From Gemmatimonadota bacterium (GTDB lineage Bacteria; Gemmatimonadota; Gemmatimonadetes; Gemmatimonadales; GWC2-71-9), in assembly GCA_041498715.1 (NCBI GenBank), contig JBGQIW010000003.1, forward strand, positions 2,395 through 66,394: 64,000 bases of DNA. The letters are read 5' to 3'. The translations under genes and the position numbers were made by a program. The notes under the pieces are model-generated. The model was not told the DNA's origin. It did no database searches and saw only the letters and a list, made by a program, of their open reading frames with translations. Below, piece by piece: positions 9,329 to 19,689 of the stretch (position 1 is the first letter of the stretch; every line of letters starts with the position of its first letter).

Positions 9329-10891
9329 GTGCGCCTGCTCTCCCGTTACATCCTCCGCCAGCTCATCGCTCCGTTCTGCTTCTCCCTCGGCGCGTTGACG
9401 AGCCTCATGCTCCTCAACCAGATCGCCCGGCGTTTCGGGTCGCTGGTGGGCAAGGGCCTCTCCTGGGGGGTGATCGCGGAGGTGTTCGTGCTGAGCCTTC
9501 CCTTCATCCTGGCGATGACGATCCCGATGGCGGTGCTTCTCGCCGTCCTCTACACCATGAGTCACCTGGCCGCGGACAACGAGGTGACGGCCCTCAGGGC
9601 GAGCGGCGTGAGCGTCCCCCAGATACTCCAGCCCCTCCTCGCCTGGGGTGTTCTGATGTCCGCGCTCACTTTCCTTTTCGTGGACCAGGTTCTCCCCGAC
9701 ACCAACGCCCGGCTCCGCGGACTCCTGATCGACATCGGGCGGAAGAAACCAACGTTCCAGCTGCGCGAGCAGGTGATCAACGAGGTGCCGCCGTCTAAGT
9801 TCTTCCTTCGGTCAAGCCGGATCGACGGAGCGACGGGGCGCCTCCGCGGCGTCACCATCTACGACGTGGGCGACGAGCGCGTCCGGCGGGTCATCTACGC
9901 GGACAGCGGCTTCATGGCGTATGCGTCGGGTGGACGGGACCTGACCCTCCGCCTGTATCACGGGGTCATCCACCAGTACAAGACCGACGAAGCGGACCGC
10001 TTTCAGATCACGGGCTTCACCACCAACGAGATCCGGGTGCGCAACGTCTTCGACGAGCTGGAGCGGAACACGTCGGACCAGATCCGGGGTGACCGGGAGA
10101 TGTCGAGTTGCGATATGTTCGCCGTCGTGCGCGATGCCGACAAGGACGAGGCCAAGGCGGAGACGGATCGCCGCTTCTTCCTCGAGCGCGATCTGCGCGA
10201 GCTGCTGCGGCTGCCCGCGGTGAAGCAGGACACGGCGCCGGCGCCGGTGCCGGGAGACTACTGCGTCTGGCTGGGGCGCCTGCGCTCCGCCCTCAAGGCG
10301 AGGCTCCTCCCCCGAAAGCTTGCCGCCCAGGCCCCCGCGCCCGCGCCCCGGAAGCTGATCGCGCCGGCCAAGACCCCTCTGGTGAAGGTCGTTCCTGCGC
10401 CGCCCGGACCGATCCAGCCCGCCCCCACCCCGGCCCCGGCGGACACGTCCCGCGCCGCGCTGGCGCCCCGGCTCTCCGCGTACGCCGAGGTCATGCTGAT
10501 CGCGGCCCGCGCGACGGACGCCGGGCTTCAGGAAGACCGGTACATGGTCGAGATCCACAAGAAATGGGCGATCAGCCTGGCCTGCGTGTCGTTCGTGCTG
10601 GTGGGGCTGGCGATGGCGCTCCGTTTCCCGCGGGCGGGCATGGGACTCGTGATCGGGGGCGGGCTTGCCGCCTTCTCGATCTACTACGTTGGCCTCACTG
10701 CGGGCGAGACCTTGGCCGACCGCGGGATGCTCTCGCCGGCCCTCTCTATGTGGCTGCCCAACATCATCCTCACGATCGCGGGCCTGATCGGCCTGGTGCT
10801 GGTGAACCGCCAACCCGGCCTCAATCGCGGCGGCGATTTCCGGGAGCTGATCGACGCAATCCGCTACCGGGTCCGCGGGACAGCCAGATGA
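9329..10891 (+). CDS. lptF: LptF/LptG family LPS export permease
   Basis: RYILRQL, LAADNEVTALRASGVS, VEIHKK and WLPNII motifs; GTG start. Confidence 0.85.
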   Translation: MRLLSRYILRQLIAPFCFSLGALTSLMLLNQIARRFGSLVGKGLSWGVIAEVFVLSLPFILAMTIPMAVLLAVLYTMSHLAADNEVTALRASGVSVPQILQPLLAWGVLMSALTFLFVDQVLPDTNARLRGLLIDIGRKKPTFQLREQVINEVPPSKFFLRSSRIDGATGRLRGVTIYDVGDERVRRVIYADSGFMAYASGGRDLTLRLYHGVIHQYKTDEADRFQITGFTTNEIRVRNVFDELERNTSDQIRGDREMSSCDMFAVVRDADKDEAKAETDRRFFLERDLRELLRLPAVKQDTAPAPVPGDYCVWLGRLRSALKARLLPRKLAAQAPAPAPRKLIAPAKTPLVKVVPAPPGPIQPAPTPAPADTSRAALAPRLSAYAEVMLIAARATDAGLQEDRYMVEIHKKWAISLACVSFVLVGLAMALRFPRAGMGLVIGGGLAAFSIYYVGLTAGETLADRGMLSPALSMWLPNIILTIAGLIGLVLVNRQPGLNRGGDFRELIDAIRYRVRGTAR

Positions 10892-11970
10892 TTCCCCGCC
10901 TGCTCGACCGCTATATCCTCGGCCTCTGGCTCCGGATCTTCGGGCTCACGGTGCTCGGCTTCCCGATCGTCTCGATTCTGATCAACCTGACCGATTCGCT
11001 TAACAAGCTGCTCGACCGCGGGCTCACCGTGCGCCAGATCATCGTGAGCTACGTGTACTCCGTGCCCGAGAACATGTTTCTCGTCCTTCCCGCGGCCGTC
11101 CTGTTCGCGACCGTGTTCACGGTGGGGGTCATGGCCCGGCACTCGGAGCTCACCGCGGCCAAGGCGGGCGGGCAGAGCTTCCGCCGGCTGGTGTTCCCGC
11201 TGATCATCGCCTCCGTGTTCGCCACCGGGCTCGCCGTGGTCGTGGGCGAGCTGGCCCCCGGCGCCACCGCGAGGCAGCTCAAGATCCAGAAGGCCCAACC
11301 CGAGGCGCCCGGCTCGGCGCGCTTTAACTTCGTCTACCGCGGGGATCAGGGCTGGGTCTACACCATTCGCTCGCTCGAGCTCTCGGCCCGGAAGCTCAAG
11401 GGCCTGCTGTTCGAGCGGCAGGGCACCGGCATTACCTATCCCGGGCTCGTCGTGACGGCCGACAGCGCCACGTACGACGCCGACCGGCATGCCTGGCACC
11501 TCTGGAACGGCGCGAGCCGGTTGATCGCGGCCCCCGACCGCCAGGCCTCGTTCGGCTTCCGGTCGCTCCGGCTCCGGGCCTTCAGCCAGACCCCGGCCGA
11601 CCTCCTCGCCGAGCCCAAAGCGCCGGACGAGATGCGCTACGCCGAGCTGGGGCGCTACATCGAGGCGCTGGAGCGAAGCGGCAACGACGCCAACAAGCTG
11701 GTGGTGGAGCGCGCGCTCAAGCTCGCGATCCCGGTGACCTGCGTCATCATCGCGATCTTCGGCGCCCCCCTCGCGATCACGTCGCCTCGGGCCGGCACGG
11801 CCTTCGGAATCGCCATCAGTCTCGGCACGACCGTGTTCTTCCTGCTCCTCATGCAGATCGCGAAGGCTGTGGGGGACGGCGGCCTGCTCAACCCGACCGC
11901 GGCCGCCTGGCTCCCGAACGCCCTGTTCTTGCTCATCGGCCTGGTGCTGTTGGCGCGGGTCAGGACGTAG
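10888..11970 (+). CDS. lptG: LptF/LptG family LPS export permease
   Basis: LDRYIL, HSELTAAKAGG and AAWLPNALF motifs; ATGA overlap with the upstream gene. Confidence 0.85.
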   Translation: MIPRLLDRYILGLWLRIFGLTVLGFPIVSILINLTDSLNKLLDRGLTVRQIIVSYVYSVPENMFLVLPAAVLFATVFTVGVMARHSELTAAKAGGQSFRRLVFPLIIASVFATGLAVVVGELAPGATARQLKIQKAQPEAPGSARFNFVYRGDQGWVYTIRSLELSARKLKGLLFERQGTGITYPGLVVTADSATYDADRHAWHLWNGASRLIAAPDRQASFGFRSLRLRAFSQTPADLLAEPKAPDEMRYAELGRYIEALERSGNDANKLVVERALKLAIPVTCVIIAIFGAPLAITSPRAGTAFGIAISLGTTVFFLLLMQIAKAVGDGGLLNPTAAAWLPNALFLLIGLVLLARVRT

Positions 11971-11999
11971 TGGGCCCACCGCCAGCCTATATTCTCCCC

Positions 12000-13499
12000 A
12001 TGGACGACGCTGCTCCGCTCATCATTGGTTCCGGCATCGCGGGGCTCTGGACGGCTTGGCGCCTGGCGGCGGAGGGAAGAAGCGCCCGTCTCGTCACCAA
12101 GGAGACGCTGGCCGACAGCGCCAGCGCCTGGGCGCAAGGGGGGATCGCCGTGGCGCTGGGCCCCGGCGACAACCCCGTGCAGCACGCCGCGGACACGCTC
12201 GCGGCCGGCGACGGGCTCTCCGATCCGGAAGCGGTCCGGGTGCTCACCAACGAGGGCCCCGACCGGATCCGCGAGCTGCTTGCCATGGGCGCCACCTTCG
12301 ACCGGGCGCCGGACGGGCGGCTTCGTTTCGGGCTGGAGGCGGCGCACACGCGGCCGCGCATCATCCACGCGGGCGGTGACCGGACCGGTGCCGCGCTGGT
12401 CGCCTTCCTCACCAGCGTCATCCGCGACCACTCCCTGATCCAGATCCTCGAGCACACCGAGGCGCGCGCGCTGATCGTCGAGGGTGGCCGGGTCACCGGC
12501 GCACTCCTGGTGCAGCCGAATCGACCCGCGTTCGCGGTGCGCGCGCCAGCGGTGGTCCTCGCCACCGGCGGTGTGGGCCAGCTCTATCAGGTCACGACCA
12601 ACCCCAAGGTGGCTACCGCCGACGGCTGGGCGATGGCCTACCGTGCCGGGGCCGAGCTGCGGGATCTCGAGTTTCTCCAGTTCCATCCCACCGCGCTCAA
12701 GCTTCCCGGGGTCAACCCGGCGCCGCTCATTTCCGAGGCCGTGCGAGGGGCCGGTGCGGTGCTGGTGGACCGGGCGGGCCGTCGCTTCTCGCTCGACCAC
12801 GACCCGCGGGGCGAGCTCGCGCCCCGCGACGTGCTGGCGCGGGCCGTGGCGGCGGCCGACGCCGCGGGCGGCGCCTGGCTCGACGCCCGCCAGGTCCCGG
12901 ACTTTCGCCGTCAGTTCCCCGGCATATCGCAGATGCTCGCGAGCCACGGTCTCGACCCGGTCCGGGATCTCCTGCCGGTGGCGCCCGCACTCCACTACGC
13001 CATGGGCGGGGTTCGGACGGATCTCGCCGGGCGGGCGAGCCTGGCCGGGCTCTGGGCCGTGGGTGAATGCGCCCGCACCGGGGTGCACGGCGCCAACCGC
13101 CTCGCGTCCAACTCGCTCCTCGAGGGACTCGTCTTCGCCGACCGGGTGGCCCGCGCGCTGCCGCCACACGGCACCCCGCCACCCGAGCCTGCCGGCCCTG
13201 CCCCCGACGAGGGGGCTACCGACACGCTCCCGACCACCGAGAGCGACGCGATTCGTGCAGAGATGCGCGCGGTCATGACGGCCGATGTGGGACTGCAGCG
13301 GACCGAGCGGTCTCTGCTGCGGGCCGAGGAGAACCTTGCCGAGCTGACCCGCCGGGTACCCCCGGGCGACTGGCGGACCCACAATCAGCTGCTCGTAGCC
13401 ACCCTGATCACCCAGGCCGCCCGCGGTCGGCGCGAGAGCCGGGGCGGACATCGCCGGCTCGATTACCCCCCGAAGGCCCGGAAGCCCGAAGCCGTCTGA
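12000..13499 (+). CDS. nadB: L-aspartate oxidase
   Basis: GSGIAG, AQGGIA, QFHPT, HYAMGG, GVHGANRLASNSLLEG; in nad operon. Confidence 0.93.
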   Translation: MDDAAPLIIGSGIAGLWTAWRLAAEGRSARLVTKETLADSASAWAQGGIAVALGPGDNPVQHAADTLAAGDGLSDPEAVRVLTNEGPDRIRELLAMGATFDRAPDGRLRFGLEAAHTRPRIIHAGGDRTGAALVAFLTSVIRDHSLIQILEHTEARALIVEGGRVTGALLVQPNRPAFAVRAPAVVLATGGVGQLYQVTTNPKVATADGWAMAYRAGAELRDLEFLQFHPTALKLPGVNPAPLISEAVRGAGAVLVDRAGRRFSLDHDPRGELAPRDVLARAVAAADAAGGAWLDARQVPDFRRQFPGISQMLASHGLDPVRDLLPVAPALHYAMGGVRTDLAGRASLAGLWAVGECARTGVHGANRLASNSLLEGLVFADRVARALPPHGTPPPEPAGPAPDEGATDTLPTTESDAIRAEMRAVMTADVGLQRTERSLLRAEENLAELTRRVPPGDWRTHNQLLVATLITQAARGRRESRGGHRRLDYPPKARKPEAV

Positions 13500-14494
13500 T
13501 GGCCCTGCCGCTCCCCCTCATCGAAGACGTCGATCTCACGCCGGATGCGGTCGCCGCGCTGCAGGCCGACATCCGGGCCCGCGCCCGCGCCCGCAACGCC
13601 GTGATCCTCGCGCACAACTACCAGCGCGCCGAGGTCCAGGATGCCGCCGATTTCGTCGGCGACTCCCTCGGCTTGTCGCGCCAGGCGGCGAAGACCGACG
13701 CGGACGTGATCGTCTTCTGCGGCGTCCACTTCATGGCGGAAACGGCGAAGATCCTCTCGCCCGGCAAGCGGGTGCTGTTGCCGGACCTGCGGGCGGGGTG
13801 CTCGCTTGCGGCGACGGTGACTGGCGAGCAGGTGCGGGAGTGGAAGGTGCAATTCCCCGACTACGTGGTGGTGGGATACGTCAACACCACGGCGGAAGTG
13901 AAGGCCGAGCTCGACTACGCCTGCACCAGCGGCAACGTGCTGGATGTGGTCGACGCGATCCCGGAAGAGAAGGGCATCCTCTTTCTGCCCGATTTCTTCC
14001 TCGGCGCCCACGTGCGTCGGATGCGCCCGAACCGGAGCGTGGAGGTTTGGCTGGGCGAGTGCCACGTGCACAAGGGCATTAATCCGGACACGCTCGAAGC
14101 CCAACGGAAGGCGCACCCTGAGGCGGAGGTGCTGGTGCACCCGGAGTGCGGCTGCGCCGGCCAGCTCATCTACGAGATGGGGCGCGGCGCGATCCCGGCC
14201 ACGGGACTCCACATCGCGTCCACCGAGGGGATGATCCGGCTCGCCAAGGACCGACCCGCGCCCGCGTTCATCGTCGCGACCGAGACGGGCATCATCCATC
14301 GCATGCAGCAGGTGGCGCCCGGCAAGCGGTTCTATCCGGCCGACCCCGAGGCGGTCTGCGCCTTCATGAAGACCATCACGCTCGCCAACGTCCGTGACGC
14401 GCTGGCGCTCGACCGCTACGATATCACCGTTCCCGACGACATCGCCCGCCGCGCCCGACTCTCGCTCGACCGCATGGTCAGCCTGGGGAAGTGA
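13499..14494 (+). CDS. nadA: Quinolinate synthase
   Basis: ILAHNYQ, FCGVHFMAETAK, GCSLA, CHVH and HPEC motifs. Confidence 0.95.
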   Translation: MALPLPLIEDVDLTPDAVAALQADIRARARARNAVILAHNYQRAEVQDAADFVGDSLGLSRQAAKTDADVIVFCGVHFMAETAKILSPGKRVLLPDLRAGCSLAATVTGEQVREWKVQFPDYVVVGYVNTTAEVKAELDYACTSGNVLDVVDAIPEEKGILFLPDFFLGAHVRRMRPNRSVEVWLGECHVHKGINPDTLEAQRKAHPEAEVLVHPECGCAGQLIYEMGRGAIPATGLHIASTEGMIRLAKDRPAPAFIVATETGIIHRMQQVAPGKRFYPADPEAVCAFMKTITLANVRDALALDRYDITVPDDIARRARLSLDRMVSLGK

Positions 14495-15339
14495 TCCCCG
14501 ATTTCGGGACCGACGCCGAGCGGGTGGCGGCGATCGCGCTTGCGGAGGACGGGTCCCGCGATCTCACCAGCGAGGTGACGGTCGCACCAGGCACGCAGGC
14601 CTCCGGCAGACTCGAATTCCGGAGCGGCGGCGTCCTGGCGGGGCGACTGTACGCGGAGGCCGTGGCGCGGGCATGCGGCTGCGCGATCGACTGGGAGGCC
14701 ACGGAGGGCGAGCCCGTCGCGCGGCACGCCGTCGTCGGCATCGTCACCGGTCCGGTCGCGCCGCTCCTCCGTGCGGAACGGCCGCTCCTCAACCTGCTCC
14801 AGCGCGCCTCGGGCATCGCCACCGCCACCCACGCCTACGTCGGCGCGGTGGCAGGGACCTCGGCCCGGATCCTCCACACCCGGAAGACGGCACCCGGTCT
14901 CCGGCTGCTGGACGTGGCCGGCGTCCTGGCCGGCGGCGGAGCACTGCACCGGCTCGACCTGGCCCACGCGGTCATGGTGAAAGACAACCATTGGCGGGCG
15001 CTCGCCGCCCAGGGGAAGACGCTCCGGTCGGCGCTTGCCCAAGCGCGGGGCCGGGGCGCGGTGGCGCTGCAGGTAGAGGTCGAGACCGAGGCGCAGCTGC
15101 AGGCCGCGTGCGAGGCGGGGGCGACCAGGCTCCTGCTCGACAATCAATCGCCCGAGACGGTGCGCCGCTGGGCCGCCGTGGCGCGGGAGCTGGCGCCGGG
15201 AATCGAGATCGAGGCGACCGGCGGCATCACGCTGGAGAACGTGCGGGCGTACGGGTTGGCGGGGGCGGACTTCATCTCGGTGGGAGCGCTGACGCACAGC
15301 GTCAAGGCGGCGGACCTTGCCCTCGAAATAACGGCGTAA
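14491..15339 (+). CDS. nadC: Nicotinate-nucleotide pyrophosphorylase (carboxylating)
   Basis: TRKTAPGLR, KDNH, LLDN and ISVGALTHS motifs. Confidence 0.93.
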   Translation: MIPDFGTDAERVAAIALAEDGSRDLTSEVTVAPGTQASGRLEFRSGGVLAGRLYAEAVARACGCAIDWEATEGEPVARHAVVGIVTGPVAPLLRAERPLLNLLQRASGIATATHAYVGAVAGTSARILHTRKTAPGLRLLDVAGVLAGGGALHRLDLAHAVMVKDNHWRALAAQGKTLRSALAQARGRGAVALQVEVETEAQLQAACEAGATRLLLDNQSPETVRRWAAVARELAPGIEIEATGGITLENVRAYGLAGADFISVGALTHSVKAADLALEITA

Positions 15340-16669
15340 ACTGCTCACGCTTCTTCCAGAATACGTAGACCGGGAGACCGGCGAGGATAATGGCGAACGT
15401 CACCCCCGTGTTCACCGGGTCGGTGACCAGCGCGTTCACCACCATTCCCACCGATGCGATGAGGAAGATCGCCGGCGTCACCGGATACCCGACTGTCCGG
15501 TAGGGCCGGGCGAGATCGGGACGGGTGCGGCGGAGCACGTAGACCCCGGCGACCGCGAGCGCGTAGAAGGGCCAGATACCCAGGATGAACTTGTCGGCCA
15601 GTTGCTGGAAGTCGTTCAGCAGCACGTAGACCACGCCCAGTGCGGTCGCGAGTCCGATCGCCACCGACGGACTGCGGAACCGGGGCGATACTCGCGCGAT
15701 CGCGGGGAAGAAGAGACCCCGATCGGCCATCGCGAAGAAGATCCGGGGTCCCGTCATCATCGACCCGTTGAGCGCCCCGAAGCAGGAGACCATCACCAGC
15801 GCGGAGACGATCGCGCCGCCGGCACCGCCTAGCAGCGGAATCTGCTCGGCCGCGGTGGCGGCGATCAGCCGGGACGTCGCCATCTGGGGCAGCGGGACGA
15901 GATAGATGTACGCCGCGTTCAGCAGCAGATACACCGCCACGATCGCCGCGGTGCCCAGGATCAGCGCGCGCGGCAGGATCCGGCCCGGGTCGCGGACCTC
16001 GCCGCCCATGAACGCGAGGTCGGCCCAGCCGTCGTAGGTCCACATGATCGGCACCAGCGCGGTGGCGAGGAGCGACACCGACAGACTGCCGGTCCAGAGC
16101 GGCGTGAAATGGCCGGGGCTCCCGTGGCCGGCGGCGAAGGCGAGGAGCCCGAGCAACGCCACGGCCCCGAACTTGGCCACCGTGACCAGGTTCATCACGG
16201 CGGACGCGGCCCGAACGCCGACGTAGTTGAGGAGACCCAGCACGATGATTGCCAAGGCCGCCACATGGCGCACGGTCGGCGGGTCGAAGCGGAGAAAGTA
16301 CCCGAGATACTCGGCGAAGATCGTGGCGATGGCTCCGAGCGCGGAGGCACGGATCACAGTGAGCTCGGACCAGCCGAAGAGAAAGGCCGGCACCGGGCCG
16401 AACGCCTCGAGCAGGAATGCGAAGACGCCGCCGGAGCGCGGGAGCGATGCGGCCAGCTCTGCCAGCGCCAGGGCGCCCGCCAGGGCCACGACACCGCCGA
16501 GCACCCAGGCGATCATGACCGGCCCCGGAACGCCCAGCGTCGCAGCCACGCCGGCTGGCACCCGGAAGATGCCGCTGCCGATGGTGCTCCCGATCAGGAC
16601 CGCGACCGCGCTGCCGAGCCCGAGCCGGCGCGGCAGTCGCTCGCCCCAGACGTCGGGGGCAGCGTCCAT
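15302..16669 (-). CDS. APC family amino acid permease (LAT-like)
   Basis: IGSGIF, YDGW and GEVRDP motifs, many TM segments; start reset to 16669. Confidence 0.9.
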   Translation of the reverse strand: MDAAPDVWGERLPRRLGLGSAVAVLIGSTIGSGIFRVPAGVAATLGVPGPVMIAWVLGGVVALAGALALAELAASLPRSGGVFAFLLEAFGPVPAFLFGWSELTVIRASALGAIATIFAEYLGYFLRFDPPTVRHVAALAIIVLGLLNYVGVRAASAVMNLVTVAKFGAVALLGLLAFAAGHGSPGHFTPLWTGSLSVSLLATALVPIMWTYDGWADLAFMGGEVRDPGRILPRALILGTAAIVAVYLLLNAAYIYLVPLPQMATSRLIAATAAEQIPLLGGAGGAIVSALVMVSCFGALNGSMMTGPRIFFAMADRGLFFPAIARVSPRFRSPSVAIGLATALGVVYVLLNDFQQLADKFILGIWPFYALAVAGVYVLRRTRPDLARPYRTVGYPVTPAIFLIASVGMVVNALVTDPVNTGVTFAIILAGLPVYVFWKKREQFTPLFRGQGPPP

Positions 16670-16747
16670 GGAAGAGTCCTTGGCGTGGAGTGAGTGCGAC
16701 GCCAGGCGGCCGCCTGGGACGGAGCATAATCGGGCCCGGCGGTCCGC

Positions 16748-17785
16748 TTGACAAGGGTGAGCCCAAGGCGGTTCTTTACCCCGCTCTTGCCCGCTGATCC
16801 CGGAGGCCCGTTCGTGGAAGTGCTCTCCCCGGCCGTGGCCGTCCGCCGGCCTTCGCTGGTGGCCGACCTGGTGACGCTCACCAAGCCGCGCATCATCTCG
16901 CTGCTCCTGGTGACGACCATCGCGCCGATGTTCGTGACCGGGCGGGGCCTGCCGTCGCCCCAATTGGTGTTCGTCGTGCTCGTGGCCGGGTATCTCATGG
17001 CCGGCGGGGCCAACGCGATCAACATGTGGTTCGACCGGGACATCGACGACAAGATGTCTCGGACGCGGCTCCGCCCGATCCCTGCCGGGCGCATCGCGCC
17101 GGCGGTCGCGCTGGCGTTCGGGATCGGCCTCGCCGTGATCGCGTTCGCGCTGTTCTGGCAGCTGGTGAACCCGCTGAGCGCCTGCCTCGCGCTGGGCGGG
17201 CTCCTGTGCTACGTCTTCGTCTACACCGTCTGGCTCAAGCGGTCGAGTCCCCAGAACATCGTGATCGGGGGCGCGGCCGGCGCCTTTCCGCCGCTGGTCG
17301 GCTGGGCCGCGATGACCAATCGCCTCGACCTCGCGGCGATCTATCTCTTCGCCATCATCTTCTACTGGACCCCGCCGCACTTCTGGGCGCTCGCCCTCAT
17401 CAAGCGCGGCGAGTACGCCAAGGCGGGCATCCCCATGCTGCCGGTGGTCCGGGGGGAGCGCCGCACGAAGTTCGAGATGCTGGTGTACACGCTGATGCTG
17501 CTGCCGATCACACTCATGCCCGTGCTCTTCGGCGCCTTCGGCGCCTTCTACGCCGTCGCCGCCGGGCTGCTCGGCGCCCCGCTCCTGTGGTATTGCGTCC
17601 GCCTGCTGCGCGAGCCGACCGTGACGCCGACCGCCTGGAAGCTGTACCGCTACTCCCTCCTCTACCTCGCCCTGCTCTTCGTGGCCATGGGCATCGACCG
17701 CCATCTCCCCGGCGTGGCGGTCGCCCCCGACGGCGTGCTCATCCTGAGCAACCCGAGCCAGGAAGCGCTCGCCCCGGTCCACTGA
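16748..17785 (+). CDS. cyoE: Protoheme IX farnesyltransferase (heme O synthase); start uncertain
   Basis: LTKPRI, DRDID..M.RT..RPIP, NIVIGGAAGA and WTPPHFWALA motifs. Confidence 0.93.
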   Translation: MTRVSPRRFFTPLLPADPGGPFVEVLSPAVAVRRPSLVADLVTLTKPRIISLLLVTTIAPMFVTGRGLPSPQLVFVVLVAGYLMAGGANAINMWFDRDIDDKMSRTRLRPIPAGRIAPAVALAFGIGLAVIAFALFWQLVNPLSACLALGGLLCYVFVYTVWLKRSSPQNIVIGGAAGAFPPLVGWAAMTNRLDLAAIYLFAIIFYWTPPHFWALALIKRGEYAKAGIPMLPVVRGERRTKFEMLVYTLMLLPITLMPVLFGAFGAFYAVAAGLLGAPLLWYCVRLLREPTVTPTAWKLYRYSLLYLALLFVAMGIDRHLPGVAVAPDGVLILSNPSQEALAPVH

Positions 17786-17801
17786 ATTAGCTTTGGCAGG
17801 A

Positions 17802-19622
17802 ATGACATCCACCCAGGATCCCGCGCCCGGTAGCCGCAGGCGTCTTCCTTTACCGGGCCACCTGAGCCGGCTCTGGCCCAGGGTCCGGCCGTACCGCGGT
17901 GGTCTGGCGCTCGCGGTCATCGCGCTGCTCCTGAGCGCGGCGATCGGGCTCGCGTTTCCGCAGATCGTCCGCTACCTGCTGGACGCCGCGTTCCTGAAGC
18001 ACGACCGGAGTCTGCTCGACCGGATCGGCCTCCTGCTCCTGGCGCTGTTCGTCGCCCAGGCGTTCCTGAACTACGTCCAGACCTACTATCTCAGCGCCAC
18101 CGGCGAGCGGGCGGTGGCGGGGCTCCGCCGCGAGCTGTTCGAGAAGCTCCTCACCATGCCGCCCGGTTTCTTCGCGGAGCGGCGGACGGGCGAGCTCACC
18201 AGCCGGCTCACCACCGACATCGGCCAGCTCCAGAGCGTGATGAGCCATCAGATCGCCGAGTTCTCCCGCCAGCTGCTCGCACTGGTCGGCGGAGTCGTGC
18301 TGCTCACGCTGATGCAGCCGCGCCTCACGTTCACCGCGATCGGCGTGGTCCCCGTTGTAGTGGGGTCCGCCTTCTACTTCGGGCGCCGGCTCAAGCGGAT
18401 GACGACCGGCGTGCAGGACAGGGTGGCCGAGGCCACCGCCGTCGCCGAGGAAGCGTTGAGCCAGATCCGCACGGTCCAGAGCTTCGCGCAGGAGCCGGCC
18501 GAGCGCGAGCGTTACGGCGAGCGGGTGACCGCGAGCGTGAAGGCCGCGCTGATCCGGGCGGAGGTCCGGGGCCTCTTCTTCGGGGTGCTCACCTTCACCA
18601 CTTTCGGCGGCATTGTCTTCGTCCTCTGGCAGGGCGGCCTGCTGGTGCTGGACGGAAGGCTGACGCCCGGCGCCCTGGTCTCGTTCCTCCTTTACACGGT
18701 GACCATCGCCGCGGCGATCGGTGCGCTCGCGTCCTTCTTCACCAGCTACCAGGAGGCGGTCGGCGCGGCGGAGCGAGTGTTCCAGCTGCTGGAGATGGTC
18801 TCCCCTATCGCCGACCCGCCCGTGCCCCGCCAGCTTCCCCCGCCGGTCCGGGGCGCGGTGACGTTCGAGCGGGTCTCGTTCCGCTACCTCGCCGATCCCG
18901 CGGCGCCGTGGACCCTGCGGGAGATCCAGCTCGATGTCGCCCCCGGCGAGATCGTGGCGCTCGTCGGCCCGTCCGGCGCGGGCAAGACCACCCTCGTCTC
19001 CCTTCTCCCGCGTTTCTGGGACGTGCTCGAAGGCCGGATTCTGCTGGACGGCATCGACGTGCGCGACCTTCGCCTGGCGGACCTGCGCGGTGCCATCGGG
19101 CTGGTGCCGCAGGAGCCGGCGCTCTTCAGCGGGACGGTCCGCGACAACATCGCCTACGCCCGCCCGGGCGCGACGCGTGAGGAAGTCGACGCGGCGGCGC
19201 GGGCGGCCCACGCGCACGAGTTCGTGGAGCGGCTACCCCAGGGCTACGACACGATGGTGGGCGAGCGGGGCATCAAGCTCTCGGGTGGACAGCGGCAGCG
19301 CATCGCGATCGCACGGGCGATCCTCAAGGACCCGGCCGTGCTGATCCTGGACGAGGCCACCAGCAGCCTGGACACCGAGAGCGAGCGGCTGATCGAGGAC
19401 GCCATGGAGCGCCTGCTCGTCGGTCGCACCACGCTCATCATCGCCCACCGGCTGAGCACCGTGCGCCGAGCCGACCGGCTGATCGTGCTGGACCACGGTC
19501 GGATCGTCGAGGAAGGGAGTCACACCGAGCTGGTGGCGCGGGGCGGCCTGTACGCCCGTTTGTACCAGCAGCAGTTCCGCGAGGGCGATGTCCAGCTGAC
19601 GGCGGTGAACAGTGAACGGTGA
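17802..19622 (+). CDS. MsbA-like ABC exporter (fused TMD and NBD)
   Basis: GPSGAGKT, LSGGQRQR and LDEATSSLD motifs; N-terminal TMD. Confidence 0.9.
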   Translation: MTSTQDPAPGSRRRLPLPGHLSRLWPRVRPYRGGLALAVIALLLSAAIGLAFPQIVRYLLDAAFLKHDRSLLDRIGLLLLALFVAQAFLNYVQTYYLSATGERAVAGLRRELFEKLLTMPPGFFAERRTGELTSRLTTDIGQLQSVMSHQIAEFSRQLLALVGGVVLLTLMQPRLTFTAIGVVPVVVGSAFYFGRRLKRMTTGVQDRVAEATAVAEEALSQIRTVQSFAQEPAERERYGERVTASVKAALIRAEVRGLFFGVLTFTTFGGIVFVLWQGGLLVLDGRLTPGALVSFLLYTVTIAAAIGALASFFTSYQEAVGAAERVFQLLEMVSPIADPPVPRQLPPPVRGAVTFERVSFRYLADPAAPWTLREIQLDVAPGEIVALVGPSGAGKTTLVSLLPRFWDVLEGRILLDGIDVRDLRLADLRGAIGLVPQEPALFSGTVRDNIAYARPGATREEVDAAARAAHAHEFVERLPQGYDTMVGERGIKLSGGQRQRIAIARAILKDPAVLILDEATSSLDTESERLIEDAMERLLVGRTTLIIAHRLSTVRRADRLIVLDHGRIVEEGSHTELVARGGLYARLYQQQFREGDVQLTAVNSER

Positions 19623-19689
19623 GCGGGCGCCCGGGTGATCCTCGGAGCCCCCTGTTCACTGTTTACTGTTCACTGGTCACTGGTCACGG
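19603..19689. repeat. Inverted heptamer tandem arrays at a convergent gene junction
   Basis: CGGTGAA CAGTGAA CGGTGAG facing TTCACTG TTTACTG TTCACTG GTCACTG GTCACGG. Confidence 0.75.

Noticed and set aside
8081..9565. Apparent long overlaps from N-terminal extensions of lptF, M28 and comEA (similarly the APC permease, M16 and tupC ORFs)
   Set aside because: Artefacts of the longest-ORF start choice; downstream starts with coupling or promoter support remove the overlaps.
15302..15339. 38-bp convergent overlap between nadC and the APC permease
   Set aside because: Short tail overlaps are common in compact high-GC genomes (also 59002-59018); no further signal.
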